In this document: in pieces, positions 43,384 to 52,702 of the stretch | Layout of the letters: each line of letters begins with the position of its first letter | Numbering within the stretch: position 1 is the first letter of the stretch | From: Thermoplasmata archaeon | Lineage (GTDB): Archaea; Thermoplasmatota; Thermoplasmata; Lutacidiplasmatales; UBA184 | Assembly: GCA_036404475.1 (NCBI GenBank) | Contig: DASWZL010000080.1 | Span: 4,811-68,810 of the forward strand | Direction: 5' to 3' | DNA: 64,000 bases | Made by a program: the position numbers and the translations under genes | The notes under the pieces: model-generated | Database searches by the model: none | Told to the model about the DNA's origin: nothing | Seen by the model: the letters and a program-made list of their open reading frames with translations, nothing else

Positions 43384-44262
43384 ATGACGGGAACGGTCGC
43401 CGACCGCCCCCGGGACCTGCTGGTCTCGGGTCACGTCAACATCGACCGGTTCCTGTCGGTCCGTTCGTTCCCCGCGGCCGACCGGACCGTCGCCGTTCTC
43501 GAGCATCGAGCCGAGGTCGGTGGCACCGCCGCCAACATCGCCCGGGCTGCCTCGAAGCTCGGGGTGGCCACCGGTCTCGTCGCCCGCGTGGGGGACGGAT
43601 TTCCCGACGAGTATGTCGCGGCGTTCCGGGACGCGGGGATTGACGTTCGGGGTATCCAACGGGTGATCGGTAAGCCCACCCCGACCTGCTACACCATCGA
43701 GGACCGCGAGGGGGTCCAGCGGACGCTGATCGACCAGGGCGTGATGTCGCGGACCCGGGGAGTGGCCCTACCACCGGTCCGTTTGCTCCGGGAGTACTCC
43801 TGGGTCCACCTGACGACCGCGGACCCGGAGTTCCAGCTTCGTCTCCAGAAGGCGGCGCGGGCGCGTGGCCTCCGCGTGGCGGCCGACCCCGCCCAGGAGA
43901 TCCATTACCGCTGGGACCGCCGGTCGTTCCGCGAGCTCCTCCGAGGGTCGGAGCTCCTCTTCGGCAACCGGTCCGAGATCGACCGCGCCCTCGAGTTCGT
44001 CGGGGCCCGTCGACCCAAGGGACTGCTCGAGTTCGTGCCCCTCGTGATCCGGACCGAAGGTCGCGCAGGGGCCACCGCCTTCTCCCGGGCGGACACCGTC
44101 CACGTCGGCGCGGCCCGTCCGGCCCGGGTTCGGACTTTCGTCGGGGCCGGGGACGCCTTCCGGGGCGGGTTCTACGCGGCGTGGTTCGCCGGTCAACCCC
44201 TCTTGGCGTGCCTCACGGCCGGGACCCGTAGCTCGGCCCGGTGGATCGAGGGAAAGAGGTAG
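43384..44262 (+). CDS. PfkB-family carbohydrate/nucleoside kinase
   Basis: 292 aa from ATG 43384. ..EVGGTAANIARAASKLG.. and the C-terminal VGAGDAFRGGF are present. Confidence 0.75.
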   Translation: MTGTVADRPRDLLVSGHVNIDRFLSVRSFPAADRTVAVLEHRAEVGGTAANIARAASKLGVATGLVARVGDGFPDEYVAAFRDAGIDVRGIQRVIGKPTPTCYTIEDREGVQRTLIDQGVMSRTRGVALPPVRLLREYSWVHLTTADPEFQLRLQKAARARGLRVAADPAQEIHYRWDRRSFRELLRGSELLFGNRSEIDRALEFVGARRPKGLLEFVPLVIRTEGRAGATAFSRADTVHVGAARPARVRTFVGAGDAFRGGFYAAWFAGQPLLACLTAGTRSSARWIEGKR

Positions 44263-44271
44263 CTTCGCCGC

Positions 44272-45585
44272 ATGGAGATGCACGCCTTCGGTCGGCTGAC
44301 GCCGGTCGACGTGGCCCGCCGACGCCTGCTGGCGGCGACCCGACCGATCGACCGCGTAGAGCAGGTTCGGGTCGAAGGGGCGTTCCGACGGGTCCTCGCC
44401 TCGAACATCCGGGCGCCCGCCCCCGTCCCGGGGTTCCCCCGGACCACGTGGGATGGTTACGCCCTTCGGAGCCGGGATACCTCGGGGGCGACACGCGCCC
44501 GGCCCGTCGAGCTCCGAATCGTCGGCGAGGTCTTCGCCGAGCAATCGTATCCGAGCGGCCTTCGGTCGGGGGAGGCCGTGGCGATCGCCACGGGCGGGGC
44601 CATTCCGAGAGGCGCCGATGCCGTGGTCATCTTCGAGGAGGCGGTTCGTGACGACGGGATCGTTCGGGTCCCTCGTCCAATCCCGAGGGGGGACCGGATC
44701 TCTCCCCCCGGTCATGACTTTCCCCGCGGTGCTCTCCTCGGGCGGAAGGGCGACGAGCTCTCCGCACCGGCGGCCGGAGCGATCGCCGCGTGCGGCATCG
44801 CGAAGGTCCCCGTCTACGCCGCGCCGCGGGTCGCCGTCGTCCCGAACGGCAACGAGCTCCTCGCCCCCGGCGACCCTCCTCAGGTCGGTCGGATCTACGA
44901 GAGCAACAACGCCTCGCTCGCGTCCGTGATCCTCGCCGCCGGAGGGATCCCCGACCTCTATTCCCCCGTCCCCGACCAGCCCGCCCTCATCGAGCGGGCG
45001 ATTCGCTCCGCGCTCGCGCATGCGGACCTCGTGCTGGCGACGGGAGGAAGCTCCGTGGGGGAGCGCGACCACCTGCCCCGGATTCTGTCGAAGCTCGGAC
45101 CTCTTCTGTTCCACGGGATCGCGGTTCGGGCGGGAAAGCCGACGCTCGCCGTCCGGAGCGGACGGAAGCTCGTGGTGGGGCTGCCCGGTCACCCGACCTC
45201 CTGTCTCGCGAACATGTACTGGTTGGTCCTCCCGGTTCTCCGGCGGCTCGGGCGGAGGCCCGGGCCCGGATGGACCGACGGCTGGGCGGTCCTCGGCAGC
45301 GACGCAGTCGCGCCTTCCCCGGGACTGGCCACCATCGTGCCGTTGCGGTTCGAGCGGGGACGCGCGTACACGACCTACCGCGGGTCGTCGGTGATCACGA
45401 GCCTCGCCGGAGCGACTGCGTTCGCCCTGATGCCGGCCGGACGTCGGGTCGTCCGCCGGGGAGAGCGTCTCCGCGTTCACTACCTCGACCCACCGCTTGG
45501 TCCGGGGGTCCCCGGGGGGGGAGCGCGTCGTCCGGGAACAACGGTTAAACGGTCCGCCGCCTCGGTCGGTCGTGGCGCGCCGTAA
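44272..45585 (+). CDS. moeA: Molybdopterin molybdenumtransferase MoeA
   Basis: 437 aa. ..PGFPRTTWDGYA.., ..ISPPGHD.., ..LATGGSSVGERD.., ..GIAVRAGKP.. are present. Confidence 0.85.
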   Translation: MEMHAFGRLTPVDVARRRLLAATRPIDRVEQVRVEGAFRRVLASNIRAPAPVPGFPRTTWDGYALRSRDTSGATRARPVELRIVGEVFAEQSYPSGLRSGEAVAIATGGAIPRGADAVVIFEEAVRDDGIVRVPRPIPRGDRISPPGHDFPRGALLGRKGDELSAPAAGAIAACGIAKVPVYAAPRVAVVPNGNELLAPGDPPQVGRIYESNNASLASVILAAGGIPDLYSPVPDQPALIERAIRSALAHADLVLATGGSSVGERDHLPRILSKLGPLLFHGIAVRAGKPTLAVRSGRKLVVGLPGHPTSCLANMYWLVLPVLRRLGRRPGPGWTDGWAVLGSDAVAPSPGLATIVPLRFERGRAYTTYRGSSVITSLAGATAFALMPAGRRVVRRGERLRVHYLDPPLGPGVPGGGARRPGTTVKRSAASVGRGAP

Positions 45586-46396
45586 CCTCGCGGTCGCGGT
45601 CCTTTCCATCGAGGGGACGAACTGCGACGACGAGCTCCGGGAGGCCCTCACGACCCTCGGGGCGCGTCCCGAGGTCGTGCACCTTAAGCAACTCGAGGGG
45701 CGCGACGTGCTCCCCGAGGAGCGGCGTCGGCTCTCCAATTATCAGGCCCTGTTCGTCCCCGGCGGCTTCTCCGCGGGCGACTACGTGCGCGCCGGGGCCA
45801 TCCTCGCCGCCCGCGTACGAGCCTCAATCGGCGCCGAGCTCGAGGAGTTCGTGCGAAGCGGTCGGATCGTAGGCGGGATCTGCAACGGCTTCCAGGTCCT
45901 CACCGAGCTCGGCCTGCTGCCCGGCCGGCCCGGCGGGCATCTCGTGGCCCCCGAGGCCGCCCTCATGACCAACGACTCCGGCCACTTCGAATGCCGCCCG
46001 ACGTTCGTGGCCTGGGAGGGCGGGACTTTCCCTCCGCTCCAGGGGGTCCCCAAAGGGACTCGCTTTCTCTTCCCTTCGGCCCACGCGGAGGGGAAGCTGG
46101 TCCTCGGGAGCGAGGAGCTCCGCCGCTCGGTGGAGGAGAACGGCCAGGTCCTGTTCCGCTGGGTCGCGTCGGACGGCGGCCCCGCGCGCTACCCTTGGAA
46201 CCCGAACGGTTCGGAGGGGAACATCGCGGGGCTCACGAATCCGGAAGGGAACGTCTTCGGCCTCATGCCGCATCCCGAGCGCTCGTTCTTCCGTGCCCAG
46301 GCGCCGGACTGGACCCGCACCGGGTCGGCCGAGGGGTTCGGGGACGGCCAACGGTTCTTGGACGCGGTGCTGACCTACGCCGAACGGCACGTCTAG
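45572..46396 (+). CDS. purQ: Phosphoribosylformylglycinamidine synthase I (glutaminase subunit)
   Basis: GTG 45572. ..AVLSIEGTNCDDE.., FVPGGFSAGDY, GICNGFQVL (catalytic Cys) and GLMPHPER are present. Confidence 0.85.
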   Translation: MARRNLAVAVLSIEGTNCDDELREALTTLGARPEVVHLKQLEGRDVLPEERRRLSNYQALFVPGGFSAGDYVRAGAILAARVRASIGAELEEFVRSGRIVGGICNGFQVLTELGLLPGRPGGHLVAPEAALMTNDSGHFECRPTFVAWEGGTFPPLQGVPKGTRFLFPSAHAEGKLVLGSEELRRSVEENGQVLFRWVASDGGPARYPWNPNGSEGNIAGLTNPEGNVFGLMPHPERSFFRAQAPDWTRTGSAEGFGDGQRFLDAVLTYAERHV

Positions 46397-47040
46397 CGCG
46401 GACCGAGGCGGAGCCGCCAGACCTCGAGCCGCTCCCCCTCGAGGGCGCGGGAGTCGGCCACCTCCATGCTCCCGCCGCGCCTCGCCCAGCCGTTCCGGAT
46501 CCGCTCCAAGGCGTCGGCGTCCTGTCGCGAGGATACCACCACGAACGCCGTCCCGTCGGCGGTCAGGTGCTGGTCGAGCTCCTCGACCAGCCGCGCGGTG
46601 ACCCGACAGCCGTCCGGCCCTCCGTCGAGCGCGAGGTTGTGCCACCGGTCGGGGTCCCGCTCCTCGGGCCGGGTCGGCAGGTACGGCGGGTTGGAAAGGA
46701 GTCGGTCGAAGCGCCCGAGACCGCGAGCGAGGTCGGTCCGGACAAGGGTAAGGTCGACCCCCTCCGCTCGGGCCCGCTCGCGCAGGCAGCGGAGCGCGTG
46801 AGGGTTCACGTCGGTCGCGACGACCCGAGCGCCACGTCGCGCGGCGGTGAGGGCCGCCAGGCCGGCACCGGCTCCGACCTCGAGGAGGAGGGTGCCCGGG
46901 AAGACCTCGGCGAACGGGAGGAGGAGCAGGGTGTCCTCGCGCGGGGGGTAGACCGATGCCTCCCCGTCGGAGAGCTCGAGTCCGCCGGTGGCGGGTGGCC
47001 GCAGCGGCGCGCCCGCACGACGTCTTCTTATTGGTTCCAC
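46393..47040 (-). CDS. SAM-dependent N5-glutamine methyltransferase (HemK/PrmC/Mtq2-like)
   Basis: 215 aa. LEVGAGAGL (SAM loop) and SNPPYLP (NPPY) are present. Confidence 0.75.
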   Translation of the reverse strand: MEPIRRRRAGAPLRPPATGGLELSDGEASVYPPREDTLLLLPFAEVFPGTLLLEVGAGAGLAALTAARRGARVVATDVNPHALRCLRERARAEGVDLTLVRTDLARGLGRFDRLLSNPPYLPTRPEERDPDRWHNLALDGGPDGCRVTARLVEELDQHLTADGTAFVVVSSRQDADALERIRNGWARRGGSMEVADSRALEGERLEVWRLRLGPR

Positions 47041-47072
47041 GCGTACTACGCATCCTAGCGGTATACTTGGTG

Positions 47073-47630
47073 ATGCCTCGTCGACTTTCCCCTCCAGTCA
47101 AGATCGGGATCACGGGTCTCCCGGGCTCGGGCAAGACCCAGACCCTGCTCCGCATCATCGAGCTCCTCGAAGAGGAGGGGGTGAAGGTCGGCGGCATGGT
47201 GACGGAGCCGATCGTCGAGAAGCAGCGGCGCGCGGGGTTCCAGATCGTCGATTGGACAACGAAGGAGCACGAGGTCTTCGCCCACGAGGGGTTGAAGTCT
47301 CGGGTGCGGTCGGGCCGCTTCGGCGTCAACATCTCCGCGCTCGAGGGTCTCGGGACGCGGGCCCTCGCCGAGGCGCGCGAGTCCGCCGACGTGATCGTGA
47401 TCGACGAGGTCGGGAAGATGGAGGTCGAGAGCGAGGTGTTCACGAAGAGCGTGATCGACACGCTCGACGCCCGGAAGTCGATCATCATGACCCTGCACAA
47501 GAAATCGAGGAACCCGCTGCTCCAGGACATCCGTCGGAGGGACGAACTACGCCTGCTCGAAGTGACCCCGGTGAACAAGAATCTCCTCGCGTTCAAGATC
47601 GTCCACCTCATCACCGGCCGGGCCCACTAG
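47073..47630 (+). CDS. Nucleoside-triphosphatase THEP1 family
   Basis: 185 aa from ATG 47073. KIGITGLPGSGKTQ, VIVIDEVGKME and IIMTLHKKS are present. Confidence 0.8.
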   Translation: MPRRLSPPVKIGITGLPGSGKTQTLLRIIELLEEEGVKVGGMVTEPIVEKQRRAGFQIVDWTTKEHEVFAHEGLKSRVRSGRFGVNISALEGLGTRALAEARESADVIVIDEVGKMEVESEVFTKSVIDTLDARKSIIMTLHKKSRNPLLQDIRRRDELRLLEVTPVNKNLLAFKIVHLITGRAH

Positions 47631-47635
47631 CTCTC

Positions 47636-48709
47636 GTCTCGGAAGGGAGGACCGAGCTCCTCCTCCCGCTCACCGCGCCGGGCCGGGGTCCGGGACGGCG
47701 GTCGCCGGTCTTCTACAACCCGGCGATGGCCGGCGACCGGGACCTCGGGGTCGCGTTCGCCCAGGCGCTTCCCCCACCGACCCACGGTGGCCGGACCGGC
47801 TGGGAGATGACCGCCGCGACGGGGGTGCGGGGGCTCCGCCTCCTCCGGGAATCCGGGGCGTTCGGTACCTTCACGTTCTCGGAGGCGAACCCCGAGGCAT
47901 GCCGAGTGCTCCGGGAGAACACGGCCCGCGTCCCGGGCGCGTTCGTGGTCGAGGGGGACGCCCGGCTCGCTCCACCCGCAGCCCCGTTCGACTACGTCGA
48001 CCTCGACCCCTACGGGACCCCGGCCCCGTTCGTACGCACCGCGCTCGGCTCGGTCCGCCCGGGGGGGGTCGTCGCCGTCACGGCGACCGACATGATGGTG
48101 CTCGCGGGGACCCAGCCGTCGGCCTGCTGGCGGCGCTACGGCGCCCGACCGGTGCGCGGTCGCCTAGGACCGGAGGGAGGGCTTCGAATCCTCCTCGCCT
48201 ACCTGGCGCGCGACGCGGAGGCGCTCGGTCGTTCGATCCGCCCGATGCTCGCGTACGCACGCGACCATTACGTCCGCGCCTACGTCGAGGTCAACGAGCG
48301 TTCGGACGCGGCGGTCCCGGTGGGCACCATCGACCCCGAGAACTGGCCGGGCCCGTGGGTCGGGGACCGGGGACCGTACGGTCCGCTCTGGCTCGGTCCG
48401 CTCTTCGACGCGGACCTCGTCTCGCGCCTTCGGGTCCCCGACGGCGCCGCCCGCGCCCGCGAGGTCGAGCGGTTCATCTCCCGGCTGAAGGAGGAGGTCA
48501 CCGCCGACCGACCGTTCTACTTCGAGGCGAACGTCCTCGCTTCGCGGCTCGAACTGGCGGCGCCGCCGAGCCTCCGGGCCGTGGAGGAAGGACTCCGCTC
48601 GCTCGGATTCCGGGTCGCTCGCACCCATGCCCGCCCGGAGGGGTTCCGGACGGACGCTTCTCGGAAGGTGGTCGAGCAGCTGGTCCGGCGCCTCGCCGAC
48701 GCTTCCTAG
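47636..48709 (+). CDS. trm1: tRNA (guanine(26)-N2)-dimethyltransferase Trm1 (start codon unresolved)
   Basis: VSEGRTELLLP..SPVFYNPAMAGDRD.. and VDLDPYGTPAPF are Trm1 blocks. The first canonical in-frame start is ATG 47726, inside the FYNPAM motif. The coordinate 47636 marks where homology begins, not a start codon. Confidence 0.8.
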   Translation, partial: VSEGRTELLLPLTAPGRGPGRRSPVFYNPAMAGDRDLGVAFAQALPPPTHGGRTGWEMTAATGVRGLRLLRESGAFGTFTFSEANPEACRVLRENTARVPGAFVVEGDARLAPPAAPFDYVDLDPYGTPAPFVRTALGSVRPGGVVAVTATDMMVLAGTQPSACWRRYGARPVRGRLGPEGGLRILLAYLARDAEALGRSIRPMLAYARDHYVRAYVEVNERSDAAVPVGTIDPENWPGPWVGDRGPYGPLWLGPLFDADLVSRLRVPDGAARAREVERFISRLKEEVTADRPFYFEANVLASRLELAAPPSLRAVEEGLRSLGFRVARTHARPEGFRTDASRKVVEQLVRRLADAS

Positions 48710-51549
48710 TCCCAGAAGACCCGGGTCCGGGCGTAGGCCCGTTCCGCCCGGAGGATCTCTGTGAAGAACGCATTGTCGTCCCGATAGAGACGCATCAAGA
48801 GCCGGCGCGCGGTCTCCGGCCCGATCCCCCGACCGGCCAGAGCGTAGAGCGCCCGTTCCCCGTAGTGGGCGACGAGCTCGGCCGAGGTGTACCCGGTGCG
48901 CACGAGCGTTTCCGTCCCCGCGGGCAGGGCCCGCTCCCGACGCACGCGACGACCTGGGGCGGGCTTCTCTCGGGCCCGCTTCCGCTTCGCGTAGGCGCTC
49001 AACCGGTCGACCTCCTCGGTCCGCCGGGGCGACAGCACCGCCGACAGCGACCCGTGGCAGAGGAGGCACCGGCTCCCTCCCTCAGCCTTGTACCGCGAGG
49101 GGCTCGTCGTCCGGACGAAGCCGCACCGAAGGCAGACCAAGGTAAGGGGCTCCTTCGCGAGCCGTTCCTGGACCGCCTTCAACAGCGTGGGCGGGGGGAT
49201 GTCGAGCACGGTCCGCCACTCCAGGCGCTCGAGCGGTCCGTCGGTGAACTTCGAAGGGGGGGTGGCGACCACCTCCATTGCGCCGTCCCGGATCCGCTCG
49301 AGGACCTCCACCCCGTGGTCGACATCGTACCGGTCGTGCAGCGTCTTCTCGAGGGTCTCCTCGCCGAGGGGGTTCGTCCGGCTCGCCGCGAGCAAGGGGT
49401 CGAGGGTCCGGAGGTCCCGGGGGTCCGCCGAGGCCGGGATCACCCCGAGCTTGCGGGCGACCGCGAGGAAGACCCAGCGGTAGTCGAGGCCCGAGGGGAC
49501 GAGGCGCTCGACGAGAGGGCGGAGGGTCGCCGGTTCGATCGAGAGAGCGTCGACGAGCGTGGGGGCGTCGACCGCGACCGGTAGCTCCAGGACGAACCAG
49601 GTCGGCTCGACCGAAGCGACCTCGACGCGGGCCCCGAGGCGGGCGGTGAGGAGCCCGGCGGTCGCGAGGGAGAGGGTCTCGTTGGTCCGGGTGCCGAAGC
49701 AGGCACCGTAGACCACCACGCGACCGTGGGTGGTGACCGTGACCCGTCGGTCCGTCGGGATCGTGCCGGCGAGGGCCGGGTCCTTCCGACGTTCGTCGAG
49801 ATGCGCTCGGTCCTCCGGTGAGATGGGGTACTCTTCGAACGACCCCTCCCGCCGGAGCTTCCCGATCTCCTGAGCGACATCGAACGGGACCGGGAGGTCC
49901 TCCCCGGCCCACCGAGGCTCGCGTCCGATCTCTTGGACGGTCTCGACCAGGAGTTCGCCTTCCCGGTACTCCACCACCTTCCACGTCCGCCCGTGGAGGA
50001 GGAAGATCTCCTCGGGTTGGGCCAGGATCTGGGTCAGGACGAAGCGCTCGTCCAGGGTCCCGATGAGCCGCCGCGTGCCGATGTCGCGGAGCCGGTAGGT
50101 CCGCTCGTCCGGGATGAGGGACAGTGAGGCGTAGAACCGGTGCAGGGTCCCTCGTCCCGGCGCCACCCGGTCGCCGAGCCGCTTCGCGAGCCCGAGGCCG
50201 ACCAGGTAGTCGATGAGCTCGGTCCACTCCGGGTCGGAGAGGTCCGCCGTGGCCGCGGCGTGCCGAAGCGGTCGGAGCAGCTCCGAGAGCTCGAGGGTCC
50301 CTTCCGCGCGGAGCGAGGCGACCACCTGCTGCGCCGCTGCGAGCCGGTTGCGAGTACGCCAGGCGACCGGTTCGATCAGTCCCGCGTCGGCCCTCCGCGC
50401 GAGCACCGCCGCCTCTTCGAGGTCGTCGTCGTCCAGCGAGAGGACGGTCCCGTGGATCGTGCGGTCGAGCCGGTGGCCCGAACGACCGACCCGCTGGACG
50501 AGGCGGCCGACCTGGTGCGGCGAGCCGAACTGGACGACGTGGTCGACGGCCCCGATGTCGATCCCGAGCTCGAGGGACGACGTCGCGACCAGCGCCCGGA
50601 GCTGTCCGTCCCGGAACGCGCGCTCGGCCTCCTCGCGGACCTCTCGGGAGAGCGAACCGTGGTGGACCGCGATCGGAAGGTCCGGCGCGAGCTTCTGGAG
50701 ACGCGCCGCGAGCCCCTCGGCCGTCGGGCGGGTATTGACGAAGACGAGGGTGGTCCGGTGCTCCCGGACCTCCTCTTCGACCGCCCTCAGGCCCTCGAGC
50801 AGCGTCGAGTCGGCCTTGAGCTCGCGGACCAGGGATTCGTCGAGAGGCGGTCTCTTTCGGTCCGGCCGGCGTGCCGTGAGCTCGAGCGGCCGTCGCTCCT
50901 GGGCGACGCGGACCTCCACGTCCCGTGGGGCGGGGGAGAGGAACCGGGCGACCTCGCCGGGGTTTCCTACGGTCGCCGAGAGGCCGATACGGCGAACGGC
51001 GCGTCCCGTGAGCTTGTCGAGCCGCTCGAGGGTGATCGAGAGCTGCGCCCCTCGGTCCGAACCGACCAGCTCGTGGACCTCGTCGATCACGACCGAGCGG
51101 ACGTTCCGAAGGGATTCCCGAAGGCGGGTTCCCGTGAGAAGGAGCTGCAGGGTCTCGGGGGTGGTGAGCAGCAGGTCGGGCGGTTGACGGGACTGAGCGA
51201 GGCGTGCCGAGGTCGGAGTGTCCCCGTGGCGGACCGCCGCGGTGAGACCGACCTGCTTCACGAGAGCCACGATGCGGTGCTCGAGGTCCCGGTTCAGGGC
51301 CCGCAAGGGAGTGATGTAGAGGATCGAGATCGGCGGAGTCGGGTCGGCGAGGCGGCGCGAGAGCAGGGGCAGGAGGACCGCTTCGGTCTTCCCCGTCCCC
51401 GTGGGAGAGAGCAAGAGGGCGTCCGCGTCCGTCGCGAGGAGCGGGAACGCGAGACGCTGGATCTCCGTGGGCTCGGTAAGTCCTCGCTGACGGATCGCGT
51501 CCTCGAGCCGAGGGTCAAGGGTCGTGAACACGGAGGGCGGCCCGGACAT
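48706..51549 (-). CDS. lhr: Lhr-type ATP-dependent DEAD/DEAH-box helicase
   Basis: 947 aa. LLLSPTGTGKTE, VVIDEVHEL, SLELGIDIG, a long Lhr-core C-terminal region and a Zn ribbon (CLRCG..CLLCHG) are present. Confidence 0.85.
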   Translation of the reverse strand: MSGPPSVFTTLDPRLEDAIRQRGLTEPTEIQRLAFPLLATDADALLLSPTGTGKTEAVLLPLLSRRLADPTPPISILYITPLRALNRDLEHRIVALVKQVGLTAAVRHGDTPTSARLAQSRQPPDLLLTTPETLQLLLTGTRLRESLRNVRSVVIDEVHELVGSDRGAQLSITLERLDKLTGRAVRRIGLSATVGNPGEVARFLSPAPRDVEVRVAQERRPLELTARRPDRKRPPLDESLVRELKADSTLLEGLRAVEEEVREHRTTLVFVNTRPTAEGLAARLQKLAPDLPIAVHHGSLSREVREEAERAFRDGQLRALVATSSLELGIDIGAVDHVVQFGSPHQVGRLVQRVGRSGHRLDRTIHGTVLSLDDDDLEEAAVLARRADAGLIEPVAWRTRNRLAAAQQVVASLRAEGTLELSELLRPLRHAAATADLSDPEWTELIDYLVGLGLAKRLGDRVAPGRGTLHRFYASLSLIPDERTYRLRDIGTRRLIGTLDERFVLTQILAQPEEIFLLHGRTWKVVEYREGELLVETVQEIGREPRWAGEDLPVPFDVAQEIGKLRREGSFEEYPISPEDRAHLDERRKDPALAGTIPTDRRVTVTTHGRVVVYGACFGTRTNETLSLATAGLLTARLGARVEVASVEPTWFVLELPVAVDAPTLVDALSIEPATLRPLVERLVPSGLDYRWVFLAVARKLGVIPASADPRDLRTLDPLLAASRTNPLGEETLEKTLHDRYDVDHGVEVLERIRDGAMEVVATPPSKFTDGPLERLEWRTVLDIPPPTLLKAVQERLAKEPLTLVCLRCGFVRTTSPSRYKAEGGSRCLLCHGSLSAVLSPRRTEEVDRLSAYAKRKRAREKPAPGRRVRRERALPAGTETLVRTGYTSAELVAHYGERALYALAGRGIGPETARRLLMRLYRDDNAFFTEILRAERAYARTRVFWD

Positions 51550-51595
51550 GAACGAACCGCACGAGCCGGGCGGAACGGAAAGGGATGGCGGACGA

Positions 51596-52033
51596 CTACG
51601 GTTCGGCCGACGGTTCGAGGTCGAGCATCTTCAGGCCGTAGCTTTCGACCAGAGGGCGGCCGAACGTGCGCCCGGGGAACGTCTCGATCAGGACCTCCTG
51701 GATCGTCCCCACCGTCGCGCGCAGGAGATGACCCCCGACGACCCGGTGGTCCGGGCCGGCGACGGCCACATGGAGGTGGAGGGACGGCCCTCCGCCCCCG
51801 CGGGCGAGGGTGCCGTGGAGCGAGACGACCTCGTGGGGCACGGTCAGTTCTTGGGTTTGGTACTGGCTTCCGTCCCAGTAGCCGAACGTCGCCCGACGAA
51901 ACATCCCGATTCCGAACACGACGGTCCCGGCGCGAACGTTCTCGCGCTGCGCGAATCCCGAGATCGCTTCGAAGAGGTCCTCTCCATCCTCCAGTCGCAG
52001 CATCCACCGGCTTCCGTCGCGGACCGCTTGCAT
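51596..52033 (-). CDS. PPC (DUF296) domain protein
   Basis: 145 aa. ..LRLEDGEDLFEAISGFAQRENV..G.G....F.. ..LHGT..... LHLHVAV.. is the PPC/DUF296 layout. Confidence 0.7.
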   Translation of the reverse strand: MQAVRDGSRWMLRLEDGEDLFEAISGFAQRENVRAGTVVFGIGMFRRATFGYWDGSQYQTQELTVPHEVVSLHGTLARGGGGPSLHLHVAVAGPDHRVVGGHLLRATVGTIQEVLIETFPGRTFGRPLVESYGLKMLDLEPSAEP

Positions 52034-52168
52034 CGGTTTCCCCTACGGCCGCCTGGGCTATGGCGATTGCACCTCGCGCGGCCTTCCCCCCACGCACGGT
52101 GTTCCCGCATCTCTCCCCGAGGTTCTAAACCCCTTGAGGCTTCCACCGAACCGGGGGGGAACGAGAGC

Positions 52169-52570
52169 GTGACGAGAGCTCGCGGGGGTTTCGAGGTCGA
52201 GATGAGTCGAGATTCGGACGACGACCTCGGGGATGGCACCCCCCTCGGATCCATGAGGGTGAGCAAGCGATTCCACGGGGACCTCGACGGGACCAGCCGA
52301 GGACGAATGCTGACCGGTATGACCCGAACGGAAGGTTCCGCGGGGTACGTGTTGATAGAGCGGGTTCGCGGTCGGCTGGAGGGCCGCACGGGCACCTTCC
52401 TCCTCCAGCACTCGGGGATCCTCGACCGCGGCGCTCCCCGACAGACGATCGAGGTCGTCCCGGATTCCGGTACCGGCGAGCTCGCGGGAATCCGGGGGCG
52501 AATGACCATTCAGATCTCGGGGGGAGACCACTCCTACGAGTTCGAGTACAGCTTCGTCGTTCGTCCGTGA
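52169..52570 (+). CDS. DUF3224-like small beta-rich protein
   Basis: 133 aa from GTG 52169. ..GTSRGRMLT......GYVLIERV.G.L.GR.GTF.LQH.G... ..VVPDSGTGEL.G..G.. resembles DUF3224 as I recall it. Confidence 0.5.
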   Translation: MTRARGGFEVEMSRDSDDDLGDGTPLGSMRVSKRFHGDLDGTSRGRMLTGMTRTEGSAGYVLIERVRGRLEGRTGTFLLQHSGILDRGAPRQTIEVVPDSGTGELAGIRGRMTIQISGGDHSYEFEYSFVVRP

Positions 52571-52702
52571 AATGCCCGCCTCACGGTTTCCCCCGACCGG
52601 CCGATTCGAAGTCCCCGCCGGTCGACGCACCGGTGGGAAGTCGGCGGGAGGGTCGTAGCCCGAAGGAAAGGGTAATGGGCCACGGGCGGTAGAACGAGAA
52701 GA

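Noticed and set aside
47073-48709. THEP1-Trm1 fusion protein produced by programmed frameshifting.
   Set aside because: The trm1 frame is open across THEP1 only because of GC richness (its translation there is Arg/Gly/Pro junk). I saw no slippery heptamer or stimulatory structure near 47600-47630. A start-codon anomaly or sequence error is more parsimonious.
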